From an uncultured Bacteroidota bacterium (GTDB taxonomy: Bacteria > Bacteroidota > Ignavibacteria > Kryptoniales > Kryptoniaceae), in assembly GCA_964593475.1 (NCBI GenBank), contig CAZQJI010000001.1:3168-67167 (forward strand): a DNA stretch of 64,000 bases, read 5' to 3'. Below are positions 47,042 through 57,352 of the stretch, in pieces. Under the pieces are notes generated by a model. It saw only the letters and a program-made list of their open reading frames with translations, did no database searches and was not told the DNA's origin. How positions within the stretch are numbered: the first letter of the stretch is position 1; each line of letters opens with the position of its first letter. Both the position numbers and the translations under genes were made by a program.

Positions 47042-50000
47042 ATGAAGAAATTAACGCTTTTGCTTTTCTTCATCCCGATTATGGCTTTGTCTCAATCATA
47101 CTGGCAACAGCATGTTCATTACAAAATCAAAGCAAAACTTGACCCGGATAAAAAGTTAATTACGGGTTCTGAAACTTTAATTTACACGAATAATTCACCG
47201 GATGAGATTGACAAAGTTTATTTTCGCTTGTACTGGAACATCTTTAAAAAGAACAGCCACGGTTGGAAGTATTCCGAAAAGAGAAAAATGTATCAGCGGG
47301 GAAGAGAAAATTATAAAGGTGTTGAATTGAAGAAGTTTGCACTCGTTGTTAATGGAGTTGAAATCCCGCTTGAATATAAAATTGACGATACAATTCTTGA
47401 AGCGAAACTTCCTGAAACATTAAAGCCCGGAGAAAGCATCGTCTTTAAAATTGAATGGGAAGAAGAAGTTCCACCAGGACCCGGGATGAGGACAGGTGTT
47501 ATGAACAGATGTTTTGACATCGCACAGTGGTATCCTCAAATCGCCGTTTATGACAAATACGGTTGGCACAAAGATCAATACATTGGAACGGGAGAATTTC
47601 ATAATGATTTTGGTGATTTTGAAGTTGAGCTTGAAATTCCGAAAAGTTTTATCGTTGCGTATAGCGGTGAACTCTTAAATCCGGAAGAAGTTCTGCCTGA
47701 TAGCGTCATTTCAAAACTTGAGGAAGCAAGAAATAATCCTGAGAAAATCATCAGGGTTGCAGATTTTTCCGATAGAAAAATAACTGAAGAAGAAAAATCA
47801 AAGTATGTAACCTGGAAATTTATCGCCCGCAATGTTCGTGACTTCGCTTTCAGCGCTTATGAGAAATACATCTGGGATGCCGTTTTCTGGAAGAATGACG
47901 GACATCCAAAAGGTGGCGTAATGATACATGCTCTTTACTTCAAAGATAATGAAAAGCACTGGAAGGATGAAGCTGTTAAGTTTGGATTTCATGCGATAAA
48001 ATTTTTCAGCGAAAATTTCGGACTTTATGTTTATCCAAATGCTTTTGTTATGTCAAGTTATGCAGTTGGCGGTGGAATGGAATATCCCGGGATCGTTTTC
48101 ATTGGCTACAATATAACAAATTCACCTTATAGAGGACTTTTTGGAGTCATAGTCCATGAGCTTGGGCATCAATGGTATCCGATGATGATAAGCAACAATG
48201 AAACGGAATTTGCTTTTATGGACGAAGGATTTAACACATTTATAACAACGCTTGCTTTTGAAGCATATTACGGCAGGAAAAACAATCTCCTTGACACGAC
48301 AAATCAACTTATTCGCATATCTGGGATCACCACCGATGAAAGAGAGAACAATCAGCGTCAGTATCTCTGGCTTGCTATAACTGGTTATGAAGAGCCAATC
48401 GCAACACATGCCGATCACTGGAGCGAAAATTATCCCGCAACCACGGCTTTTTATCCAAAAACTGCAACGGTTATGTTTATGTTGCAGTATGTCCTTGGCG
48501 ACTCGCTTTTTTCTGTTTTGATGAGGGAATATTACAACAGATGGAAATTCAAGCATCCTTATCCCGAAGATTTCTATAACCTTGCTATGGAAGTAAGCGG
48601 GAATAAAGATTTGAGATGGTTTTTTGAACAATGGTTTCATAGGACATATACCTGTGATTATGGCGTTAAATCTGTTAAATCAAAACGGGTATTCAAGAAT
48701 GGAAGAGAAGTTTACGAAACGAATATAAAAATTATCAGAAAAGGTAAAGCAGTTATGCCACTTGATATCGCAATAAAAATGAAAAATGGAGAAACAACAA
48801 CTGTTAATCTTCCAGTTGACATCTGGTTGAACGATGAATGGGAAAATGAAGTTAAAATTGATTTGCCATCAAAACCCGTTTCGGTGGAGATAAATCCGGA
48901 TTTAAGAATTGCTGATATAAACAGATTGAACAATACTTATCCATTTCCAAAAGTTAAGCTCTCATTTGATAATACTTTGCAATTAACACAATTTGTTACT
49001 CCGATTGATGCTTACTTGTTGATATGGAGACCTTCAATCTGGTATAATGTCATTGATGGTTTTAAACTTGGTTTTAAATTCAGTGGTTCTTTTCTTGGCG
49101 ATGTTTTATCACATAAGTTATGGTTTCTTTATGCGCCAAGGACTAAGGAATTTGATATTTACTTCAACGGTAGCAGAAGAATCCCATTTGAGATAAGCAG
49201 GAGAACATTTACTGAACTTGAACTTTTCAAGGTTGAGGGAAGATATGGTGGTGGTTTCGGAATGAGAAAAAGATTTTCATCAACGCTCACAATTCCGCCA
49301 TTCCACGATTTCAGCTTTAAAATTCAACTTTTCAAATCAACAAAAAACGATTACCTTGACGATGTTTATAGATGGACAAAGGGTAGATTGACGAGGGTTA
49401 TAGCTAATTACACATATTCAAATCGTGGGAGGTTCTGGCAGACGAAGTTTTCTATATCTTTTGAGTCATCAACAATTTTAAGTGATTTCAATTATTCAAA
49501 GGTTTATTCCGAACTTGTTCAAACTTTCAGATTGCCGTATGGGTATTCGCTTGGTTTAAGATTATTTGGTGGTTATGGTAATGGTGCAATTCCAAATCAA
49601 ACGAAATTTTTCATTGCGTCTTCTTCACCGATTGAACAATTTTATCAGCCGATATACAGAAGCAAAATTTTCCCGGCGAATTTGAGAAAGCATATTGAGT
49701 CTTACGGTGGTGCTGGATTGCGTGGATATTTTGAGCAGAATTTTTCAGACGATAGGACTTATTCAGCAAACATTGAATTTCGTTTCCCATCTCTTCTCCC
49801 ATTTGTGAGAGTTCCATTTTTGGGTCAAATTTTCAGGACATTGATTTTCTTTGATGCTGGGAAAGTTTGGGGACAGGGTGAAAGAGCAAGTTTGAAAAAT
49901 TTGAGATATGATTTTGGTTTTGGATTGAGAAGTGATTTGCTTGGTCAGATTTCAAATATCACAAATCTTTTATCCGATGCTGGAATCAGGACGATAAGAT

Positions 50001-50089
50001 TTGATTTCCCGATTTATGTGAGCCATCCTTTGAGTGGGGAAAAGAAATTCAAGTTCAGATGGATTTTTGGATTTGATGCGACATTTTGA
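47042..50089 (+). CDS. M1 family Zn aminopeptidase fused to a C-terminal Omp85-like beta-barrel
   Basis: Signal peptide after GGAGG RBS; GGMEYP, HELGH, MDEG; C-terminal GLRGY, IFFDAG, GFGLR, IRFDF and terminal F. Confidence 0.8.
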   Translation: MKKLTLLLFFIPIMALSQSYWQQHVHYKIKAKLDPDKKLITGSETLIYTNNSPDEIDKVYFRLYWNIFKKNSHGWKYSEKRKMYQRGRENYKGVELKKFALVVNGVEIPLEYKIDDTILEAKLPETLKPGESIVFKIEWEEEVPPGPGMRTGVMNRCFDIAQWYPQIAVYDKYGWHKDQYIGTGEFHNDFGDFEVELEIPKSFIVAYSGELLNPEEVLPDSVISKLEEARNNPEKIIRVADFSDRKITEEEKSKYVTWKFIARNVRDFAFSAYEKYIWDAVFWKNDGHPKGGVMIHALYFKDNEKHWKDEAVKFGFHAIKFFSENFGLYVYPNAFVMSSYAVGGGMEYPGIVFIGYNITNSPYRGLFGVIVHELGHQWYPMMISNNETEFAFMDEGFNTFITTLAFEAYYGRKNNLLDTTNQLIRISGITTDERENNQRQYLWLAITGYEEPIATHADHWSENYPATTAFYPKTATVMFMLQYVLGDSLFSVLMREYYNRWKFKHPYPEDFYNLAMEVSGNKDLRWFFEQWFHRTYTCDYGVKSVKSKRVFKNGREVYETNIKIIRKGKAVMPLDIAIKMKNGETTTVNLPVDIWLNDEWENEVKIDLPSKPVSVEINPDLRIADINRLNNTYPFPKVKLSFDNTLQLTQFVTPIDAYLLIWRPSIWYNVIDGFKLGFKFSGSFLGDVLSHKLWFLYAPRTKEFDIYFNGSRRIPFEISRRTFTELELFKVEGRYGGGFGMRKRFSSTLTIPPFHDFSFKIQLFKSTKNDYLDDVYRWTKGRLTRVIANYTYSNRGRFWQTKFSISFESSTILSDFNYSKVYSELVQTFRLPYGYSLGLRLFGGYGNGAIPNQTKFFIASSSPIEQFYQPIYRSKIFPANLRKHIESYGGAGLRGYFEQNFSDDRTYSANIEFRFPSLLPFVRVPFLGQIFRTLIFFDAGKVWGQGERASLKNLRYDFGFGLRSDLLGQISNITNLLSDAGIRTIRFDFPIYVSHPLSGEKKFKFRWIFGFDATF

Positions 50090-50100
50090 TTAAGGTTCAG

Positions 50101-50125
50101 GGGCGGGGGAAATCCCGCCCTTTTT
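50101..50125 (+). terminator. Intrinsic terminator
   Basis: GGGCGGG-ggaaat-CCCGCCC followed by TTTTT. Confidence 0.85.
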
Positions 50126-50204
50126 CATTTTGTTTTTCAAGTTTCATTTTTTAAATTTAATTCAAAATTCAACCCATCAAAAATCAAAAAATTTTACGGG
50201 TGAA

Positions 50205-51569
50205 ATGAACGAAAGCAAGAAAATTTACATAGAGACATACGGATGCCAGATGAATTTGGCTGATTCTGAAATCGTTCTCGGAATTATGAAAAAGCATGGT
50301 TTTTCACTCACGGATGACGCTTCAAAAGCAGATGTTATACTTGTCAATACATGCAGCGTAAGAGAACACGCAGAGCAAAGGGTTATCGGGAGATTGAATT
50401 CTTTTTTGAGATATAAAAGGAGAAATCCAAATCTTGTTATCGGTGTGCTCGGTTGTATGGCTGAAAGATTGAAGAAGAGATTGATTGAAGAAGAAAACAT
50501 TGCTGACATCGTTGTCGGTCCAGATGAATATAGGAAGCTTCCGCAACTCGTTCAGGATGCGTTTGAGGGGCACAAAGGCATCGCTGTGAAATTATCAAGG
50601 GTTGAAACTTATGATGATATAACTCCATTGAGAACCGAGGGTATAAGTGCATGGATCACGGTTATGAGGGGCTGTGATAAATTCTGCACTTTCTGTGTTG
50701 TGCCTTTCACAAGGGGAAGGGAAAGGAGCAGACCGCTTGAGAGCATCGTCAGGGAAGTTGAGATGCTTTCTGCACAGGGTTATAGAGAAGTGACTTTGCT
50801 CGGGCAGAATGTTAATTCATATCGTGATGGAAATTATGACTTTGCCGATTTACTTTCGGCAGTTGCGCAGGTTGATAGAAATATGAGAGTTAGATTTACA
50901 ACCTCTCATCCGAAAGATATGTCTGATAAATTGATAAAAACAATTGCCGAACATCCAAACATCTGCAATTACATTCATCTTCCGGTTCAATCTGGCTCGG
51001 ATAGGATACTTCAATTGATGAACCGAACTTATGATAGAAAACATTATCTTGAACTTGTCAAGAAAATAAGAGACACAATCCCGGGTGTAAGTTTATCAAC
51101 TGACATAATTGCTGGTTTCCCGACGGAGACGGAAGAAGATCACAAGATGACTTTGAGTTTGCTTGAAGAAGTTAGATTTGATGGTGCTTTTATGTTCAAG
51201 TATTCACCACGAGAGGGGACAAAAGCATATGAGATGGGTGATGATGTTCCAGATGAGGTTAAAATCAGAAGATTGAATGAAATAATTGAGCTCCAGCAGA
51301 AAATTTCGCACGAGATAAATCAAGGTTTAATCGGAAGTGAGGTTGAAGTTCTGGTTGAAGGTGAAAGCAAGCGTTCTTCTGAGCAATGGATGGGTAGAAC
51401 TGATACAAATAAAGTCGTTATATTCCCGAAGATTGAGGATGTAAAACCCGGCGATTACATCATAGTTCGCATCAAAAGGGCAACCTCTGCAACTTTATTT
51501 GGAGATATAGTTAAAATTCTTCATGAGAAAAACATTTCTAAAAATACTCCCGTTTCTTCTCTTAACTAA
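50205..51569 (+). CDS. miaB: tRNA-2-methylthio-N6-dimethylallyladenosine synthase
   Basis: TYGCQMN..DSE, NTCSVRE.AE, GCMAER, radical SAM CDKFCTFC, C-terminal TRAM domain. Confidence 0.96.
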   Translation: MNESKKIYIETYGCQMNLADSEIVLGIMKKHGFSLTDDASKADVILVNTCSVREHAEQRVIGRLNSFLRYKRRNPNLVIGVLGCMAERLKKRLIEEENIADIVVGPDEYRKLPQLVQDAFEGHKGIAVKLSRVETYDDITPLRTEGISAWITVMRGCDKFCTFCVVPFTRGRERSRPLESIVREVEMLSAQGYREVTLLGQNVNSYRDGNYDFADLLSAVAQVDRNMRVRFTTSHPKDMSDKLIKTIAEHPNICNYIHLPVQSGSDRILQLMNRTYDRKHYLELVKKIRDTIPGVSLSTDIIAGFPTETEEDHKMTLSLLEEVRFDGAFMFKYSPREGTKAYEMGDDVPDEVKIRRLNEIIELQQKISHEINQGLIGSEVEVLVEGESKRSSEQWMGRTDTNKVVIFPKIEDVKPGDYIIVRIKRATSATLFGDIVKILHEKNISKNTPVSSLN

Positions 51570-52224
51570 TTTACTGCTGGCACAGGATGTTGATATAAGC
51601 CGATATCTTTATCTTTTGCGACTTGGAGATATTGAATCGGTCAGAAGCGCAATTGACAGTTTAGAAAAAATTTATCCTAATTCAGTTAATTTAAAATTTC
51701 TCCGAGCCAGTATAACCGAAGACGGGGAGGAAGCGGTAAAAATTTACTATGATATAGCGTTAAATCATCCCGAGAGCGAATATTCAGATGAATCACTTTT
51801 CAGGGTTTTTCAATTTTATTACGCGAAAGGGGATTATGAGCAAGCAAAAAAAGAGCTTGAGCGATTGAAAACTCTTTATCCATCGTCTCCATATGCCGGG
51901 ATAAATGTTCGTTTCCCCCAAACCGGTGAAATTACGCTTGCGGATAAGTCCGGACGCAAACCTTCTGAATCACGAGTTGATTGCAATTATTCTCTTCAAG
52001 TTGGAGCGTTTGTTGATAAAAACAATGCAGAGCGAGAGAAGGAGTTTTTTGAGAGTAAAGGTTATGGTGTAGAACTTCACACAAAATTTAAAGATGGGAA
52101 ATTATTCTATCTCGTTTGGGTTGGATGTTTCTCGGATAGAAAAGAAGCAGATAAAGCACGGGGTGAGATAAAGCGAAAGTTTGGAAAGGAGAGCATAATT
52201 ATTTCAACGGTGGGGTTGAGATGA
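51523..52224 (+). CDS. TPR plus SPOR domain protein
   Basis: Signal peptide, TPR-like YP.S motifs, YSLQVGAF....NA SPOR motif. Confidence 0.85.
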   Translation: MRKTFLKILPFLLLTNLLLAQDVDISRYLYLLRLGDIESVRSAIDSLEKIYPNSVNLKFLRASITEDGEEAVKIYYDIALNHPESEYSDESLFRVFQFYYAKGDYEQAKKELERLKTLYPSSPYAGINVRFPQTGEITLADKSGRKPSESRVDCNYSLQVGAFVDKNNAEREKEFFESKGYGVELHTKFKDGKLFYLVWVGCFSDRKEADKARGEIKRKFGKESIIISTVGLR

Positions 52225-52997
52225 AAATTACAATTTTTGGAAGTGCATCGGGAATACCTGAAAAAGGCAAGGTGCAAACTTGCGTTGGGGTTGAATCAAA
52301 TGGAAAGATGATCTTGCTTGATGTTGGAGAAGGTGCAGTTTCATCAATTGTTGCAGATGGAGTTGAACTTGACAGGATAGAAAAAGTTTTCATCTCGCAT
52401 ACGCATGCAGATCATTTTATCGGGCTTCCACGACTTCTTCAATATATGAAATGGAAAAAGCGAGAGAAAGCACTTGAAATTTATCTTCCTTCAAAACACA
52501 TTGAAGCGGTGGAAAAATTTCTGCCTTTTCTTTACATTTTCAGAGAAAGATTTGATTTTGAATATAAGTTTTTGCCTTTGCCAAAGGATGAAATTTTTGT
52601 TTTTGAAAACTTGAAGATGAAAATTTTTCCGACAAAACATTTGAAAAAGTATCAAAGATTTGCAGAAACTTACGGGGTTGAGACGACTTCCTATGGATTT
52701 TTGATTGAAGAAATTTCAAATGATGGAGTTGGAACAAAAAAATTTCTTTTTTCTTCGGATATTTATTCTGTTGATGAGGTAAAAAATTATTTTGAAGGGC
52801 TTGATTTACTTTTGATTGAGTGTGCACATATTGAGATTGAAGATATAATTGACGCTGTCTCGGATTTTGATATACCAAAAATAGTTTTAACGCATATCGC
52901 ACCTGAAAAAGATTTGTCGGTGATGCTTGATTATGCAAGGATGAAGTTTGATATGAACATTGAACTTGCTTATGATGGAATGAAAATAGATTTGTAA
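52221..52997 (+). CDS. MBL-fold hydrolase, RNase Z-like
   Basis: I.IFGSASG.P, LLDVGEG, ISHTHADH..G, FSSD, LTH. Confidence 0.8.
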   Translation: MKITIFGSASGIPEKGKVQTCVGVESNGKMILLDVGEGAVSSIVADGVELDRIEKVFISHTHADHFIGLPRLLQYMKWKKREKALEIYLPSKHIEAVEKFLPFLYIFRERFDFEYKFLPLPKDEIFVFENLKMKIFPTKHLKKYQRFAETYGVETTSYGFLIEEISNDGVGTKKFLFSSDIYSVDEVKNYFEGLDLLLIECAHIEIEDIIDAVSDFDIPKIVLTHIAPEKDLSVMLDYARMKFDMNIELAYDGMKIDL

Positions 52998-53003
52998 AGA
53001 AAT

Positions 53004-54176
53004 ATGCTTTCATACGAGGAAATACAGGAAAAATACGGGATTTACGGCGAATCGCAGGCGATAAAAGAGATTGTTGCGGTCATAAGGCAGGTTGCGCCAA
53101 CAGATATAACGGTTTTGATAACCGGGGAAAGTGGCGTTGGGAAAGAGCTCGTTGCGAGGGCAATTCACGGCGAGAGCAAAAGAGCAGACGGTCCTTTTGT
53201 CATTGTTAATTCAGGTGCAATTCCAGAGGGAATTCTGGAGTCGGAACTTTTCGGTCATGAAAAGGGCGCATTTACAGGCGCGGTTGAAACACGAAAAGGT
53301 TATTTTGAGATGGCTGATGGTGGCACAATTTTCCTTGATGAAATCGGAGATATGCCGATAGCAACTCAGGTAAAAATTTTGCGTGTGATTGAGACGGGTG
53401 AATTTATGAGAGTTGGCTCGTCTCAATTGAGGAAAGTTGATGTCCGTGTAATCGCAGCGACAAATAAAAATCTTGATGAAGAAGTAAAGCGCGGGAATTT
53501 CAGAGAAGATTTGTATTACAGATTGAGAACTGTTAATATTTACATTCCTCCACTTCGGGAAAGAAGAGAAGATATTCCGATATTATTTGAAAAATTTGTG
53601 TCTCAGTTTTGCGAGAGAAATAAAGTTGCTTTTGCAGGCATAACCGATGATGCGATGCAGGTTCTGATAAGTTATCACTGGCCCGGGAATGTCAGAGAAT
53701 TGAAAAATTTTGTTGAAAGTATACTCGTTCTTGAAAGTGGAAAGGTGATTGATGCAAATATGGTGCGAAAATATCTAAGGTATGATTTCACACAATTTGA
53801 TTATTCAAAGAATTTGCCCATAAGGTTTGGGAAAACAGCGGAACAGGCAGATAGGGAGTTAATTTACAGGGCTTTAATTGATATAAAAGCGGATTTAATT
53901 GAGATAAAAAATTTGCTCGGGAATCTTGCGGAGTTTATGTCAAAGCAGATTTCTTCTCCACTTGCTCTTCCAGAGGCAAAAATTGATCTGAAAACTGGAA
54001 ATGTCATTGAAAATTTCTCGCTTGTTGATATGGAAAAACGTATGATAAAAGCTGCACTTGATAGATTCAACTGGAATAAGCGACTTGCAGCAAGGGCTTT
54101 AAAAATAAGCGAAAGGACACTTTATAGAAAGATCAAAGAATACGGGCTTGAAGATGAGAGGAAAAAGAACGCTTAA
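53004..54176 (+). CDS. sigma54-interacting Fis-family regulator
   Basis: GESGVGKE, GAFTGA, FLDEIG, WPGNVREL, HTH ISERTLYRK. Confidence 0.93.
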   Translation: MLSYEEIQEKYGIYGESQAIKEIVAVIRQVAPTDITVLITGESGVGKELVARAIHGESKRADGPFVIVNSGAIPEGILESELFGHEKGAFTGAVETRKGYFEMADGGTIFLDEIGDMPIATQVKILRVIETGEFMRVGSSQLRKVDVRVIAATNKNLDEEVKRGNFREDLYYRLRTVNIYIPPLRERREDIPILFEKFVSQFCERNKVAFAGITDDAMQVLISYHWPGNVRELKNFVESILVLESGKVIDANMVRKYLRYDFTQFDYSKNLPIRFGKTAEQADRELIYRALIDIKADLIEIKNLLGNLAEFMSKQISSPLALPEAKIDLKTGNVIENFSLVDMEKRMIKAALDRFNWNKRLAARALKISERTLYRKIKEYGLEDERKKNA

Positions 54177-54681
54177 TTTTAAAATTTTGTCTTGTTTTAT
54201 TATATTTGCAACTGCATTTTTAAGTAATGCTTGTAGATATTCTTTTACAGGTGCATCTGTTCCACCGCATTTAAAGACGATAGCGATACCCTTGTTTGAC
54301 GACCAGAGCGGTTACGGAAGAGCAACTTTGAGAGAGGAGCTAACTAAAAAAATAGTTGAAAGATTTATTCAGGATAACACATTGAAAATAGCGGATAGAA
54401 ATACTGCAAACTCAATTCTTGAAGGAGTTATCGTGAGCGTTCAAGATAATCCTGTCGTTGTTGGAAGTGGAGAGAGGATAAAAAAGTCAAGGATAACGAT
54501 AACGGTTCGTGTAAGTTTCTATGATATGGTGAAAAGAACGAAGGTCTGGGAGCGAACTTTTTCAAATTGGGGAGAATATGATTTAGAAGGAAATGTCCAG
54601 TTAAATTTACAGCTTGGGATACAGCAGGCGATTGAAAAACTTTCTGAAGATATTTTACTTGCAACAGTTGCAAACTGGTGA
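54148..54681 (+). CDS. lptE: LptE-family LPS assembly lipoprotein
   Basis: Lipoprotein Cys followed by RYSFTGAS...KTIAI..F, ending I...VANW, as in FCB-group LptE. Confidence 0.8.
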   Translation: MKMRGKRTLNFKILSCFIIFATAFLSNACRYSFTGASVPPHLKTIAIPLFDDQSGYGRATLREELTKKIVERFIQDNTLKIADRNTANSILEGVIVSVQDNPVVVGSGERIKKSRITITVRVSFYDMVKRTKVWERTFSNWGEYDLEGNVQLNLQLGIQQAIEKLSEDILLATVANW

Positions 54682-54692
54682 TTTAAAATAAA

Positions 54693-56273
54693 TTGGAGAA
54701 TTTAATGTTAGAAGAATTTGTTCTTGCCCTTTACCTGATTTCAATTTTGGTTCTTTCAATTTTCGGTTCGCATGGATTTGTTCTTGTTTACTATTATTTC
54801 AAAAACAAAAAAGATGAAATAGAAGGGCGAAAGAAAAAGTTGAAGCCGAAATCCCTTGAAGAACTTTTCGGGGATGAGAAGAACTTTCCAAATGTTACAA
54901 TTCAACTTCCAATTTACAACGAGTTTTATGTTGTGTCCCGACTTCTTGATGCCGTTTCAAGAATTGATTATCCCAAGGAGAAATTGCAAATTCAGGTGCT
55001 TGATGATTCAACTGATGAGACGGTTAATATCGTTGCTTTAAAAGTTATGGAGTTAAAGAGCAAAGGTTTTGACATTGAACATATACGAAGGGGGACGAGG
55101 GAAGGTTTTAAAGCAGGAGCTTTGAAATACGGTTTAAAATTTGCAAAGGGAGATTTTATAGCAATTTTTGATGCGGATTTCGTCCCTAATCCAGATTTTC
55201 TGAAAAAGACGCTCCCGTATTTTTATCTTGATGGAAATATCGGCATGGTTCAAACAAGGTGGGAACACATAAACGAAAATTATTCTCTATTGACACAGGC
55301 GCAGGCGCTTGCTCTAAACGGTCACTTTATAATGGAACAATATGTCAGAAATGAATCCGGATTTTTCATAACATTCAATGGGACGGGCGGGATATGGCGA
55401 AGAACCTGTATTGAGGACGCTGGAAATTGGGAAACTGATACGCTTGCAGAGGATATGGATTTGAGTTATAGAGCGCAACTTAAAAAATGGAGGTTTGTCT
55501 TTTTAAAAGATGTTGTTTCACCTGCAGAATTACCAGCTGAAATAAATGCTTTAAAATCTCAACAATTCAGATGGACAAAAGGAGCGATTGAGGTCGGTTT
55601 GAAGTATTTCAAAAGGATTTGGGCGGAGAATTTACCGTTGAAAGTGAAACTTGAGGCGACATTTCATCTTACAAATAATTTTGTTTTTCCATTTATACTG
55701 ATAACTGCTTTGCTTAATCCGATTGTTGTGATGCTTAAAGAAAGCGGACAGTATGATTGGTATTATCTCATTATGGGTATTTTCGTTTTACCATTTTTTG
55801 GTCCTTTTCTTGTTTACACGCTTGCTCAAAAAGAGATTTACAAAAACTGGAAGGATAAGATAATTTTGTTTCCTCTTTTTCTTGCTGGAAGCATGGGGCT
55901 TGCGGTCAATAATACACGTGCAGTTTTGCTTGCGCTTCTCGGTAGAAAGACGGAGTTTGTCAGAACTCCAAAATACGGGATAAAAAGCGAGGGTGAAAAA
56001 TGGGAGATGAAAAAATATGTCGCTTCAAGAGTTGAATGGGTTACCTTTGTTGAGCTCGGACTTGCGGTTTATATGTTCGCCGGTATGTTGTTAAGTGCAT
56101 ATTATCTTGAGTTAGCAGCGATACCATTTCAGATGATGTTTTTTGCAGGATTTTCATTTATCGGAATTCTTTCAATAAAGCATTCAAAGGTCTGGGGTGA
56201 ATACGCAAAACGTCTGCAAATCGTGTGGAATGTGATCAAGGGTAAATTAGCATATAGAAAGATAGAAGTTTAG
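54693..56273 (+). CDS. Glycosyltransferase family 2 (cellulose-synthase-like)
   Basis: VTIQLP.YNE, QVLDDS, GFKAGAL, FDADF, LAED, QQFRW; C-terminal TM helices. Confidence 0.92.
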   Translation: MENLMLEEFVLALYLISILVLSIFGSHGFVLVYYYFKNKKDEIEGRKKKLKPKSLEELFGDEKNFPNVTIQLPIYNEFYVVSRLLDAVSRIDYPKEKLQIQVLDDSTDETVNIVALKVMELKSKGFDIEHIRRGTREGFKAGALKYGLKFAKGDFIAIFDADFVPNPDFLKKTLPYFYLDGNIGMVQTRWEHINENYSLLTQAQALALNGHFIMEQYVRNESGFFITFNGTGGIWRRTCIEDAGNWETDTLAEDMDLSYRAQLKKWRFVFLKDVVSPAELPAEINALKSQQFRWTKGAIEVGLKYFKRIWAENLPLKVKLEATFHLTNNFVFPFILITALLNPIVVMLKESGQYDWYYLIMGIFVLPFFGPFLVYTLAQKEIYKNWKDKIILFPLFLAGSMGLAVNNTRAVLLALLGRKTEFVRTPKYGIKSEGEKWEMKKYVASRVEWVTFVELGLAVYMFAGMLLSAYYLELAAIPFQMMFFAGFSFIGILSIKHSKVWGEYAKRLQIVWNVIKGKLAYRKIEV

Positions 56274-56276
56274 CCA

Positions 56277-57293
56277 TCAGTTAAAAATCATTTTCTCACA
56301 AGCTTTGAAAACATCTTCAACCTGGATTGAAAGCATACAATTAAAATGCCCCTTTGGACATTTGCTTCGCCCGATGTGAGAGCAGGGTCTGCAGGGAATC
56401 GGTTTCTCAACAACAATACTTTGAGTTCCGTAGGGGAAGAAACCGAATTCTTTTACAGTTGAACCGAAAATTGCAACTATTTTAGTTTTAACTGCTGAAC
56501 CTATATGCATAAGCCCGGAGTCATTCGTGACAAGCAATTTACACAGCAAGAGAATCCCTGCCGATTCAAGAAGTGTGGTTTCACCACAGAGATTTATCGC
56601 TTCATTTTTCATCATTGATTTAACTTTGTAACATATCTCTTTGTCTTCTCTCCCACCAAGTATAATCACCTTTGCTTTAAATTTATCAACGAGTTTATCC
56701 GCAAGTTCCGCAAATCTTTCCGCTGGCCATCTTTTTGTCTCGTGTTTGGCTGATGGCGCAATTGCAATGTAGAGTTCTTCGCTTGAAAAATTTATCTTGT
56801 TTTTTGCAGCTTTGATGATTTCATCAGGAACAAATATATCCAATCCCTGGTTATCATTTTTGATAGAAAACTTTTCTATGGTTTCAATGTATCTTTCGGC
56901 AACTGGAATTGCATTTTTATATAAATTGATTTTAAATTTTACCAAAAGAAACCTTTTAAAAACACGCTTATTAACTCTGACGACCTTCGCACCTGAAAAT
57001 GTTCTTAAAAAAATGCTTCTGAAATTATTGTGTATATCAACGATTAAATCATATTTTTCTTTCAAAATTTTTCGTTTTAATCTTAACAGTTCTTTGAAAC
57101 CTTTACTTGTGTCAAGTTCAATCAAATTTGTTATGTGTGGGTTGTATCTTAAAAGTTCTGAAAACTCTTTTTTAACTATAAAATCAATTTGCGAGTTCTG
57201 AAACTTCTGCCTCAAAACTCTTATAAGAGGTGTAGCAAGGACGATGTCTCCAATTGAACTTAACCTTATTATGAGTATTTTATTAAATTTCAT
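56277..57293 (-). CDS. waaF: LPS heptosyltransferase II (GT9)
   Basis: ILIIRLSSIGDIVL, TKRWP, VTNDSGLMH, AIFGST, CRPC..C..C; start at ATG 57293. Confidence 0.8.
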   Translation of the reverse strand: MKFNKILIIRLSSIGDIVLATPLIRVLRQKFQNSQIDFIVKKEFSELLRYNPHITNLIELDTSKGFKELLRLKRKILKEKYDLIVDIHNNFRSIFLRTFSGAKVVRVNKRVFKRFLLVKFKINLYKNAIPVAERYIETIEKFSIKNDNQGLDIFVPDEIIKAAKNKINFSSEELYIAIAPSAKHETKRWPAERFAELADKLVDKFKAKVIILGGREDKEICYKVKSMMKNEAINLCGETTLLESAGILLLCKLLVTNDSGLMHIGSAVKTKIVAIFGSTVKEFGFFPYGTQSIVVEKPIPCRPCSHIGRSKCPKGHFNCMLSIQVEDVFKACEKMIFN

Positions 57294-57352
57294 TATCTTC
57301 GTGCAATGTTTTTTGTTAACAAAATTTACAACAACAAAATCAAATTTTAAAC

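Noticed and set aside
53004..54176. Second sensor-less sigma54 activator as a novelty
   Set aside because: The miaB - activator - lptE arrangement is a familiar conserved FCB-group neighbourhood
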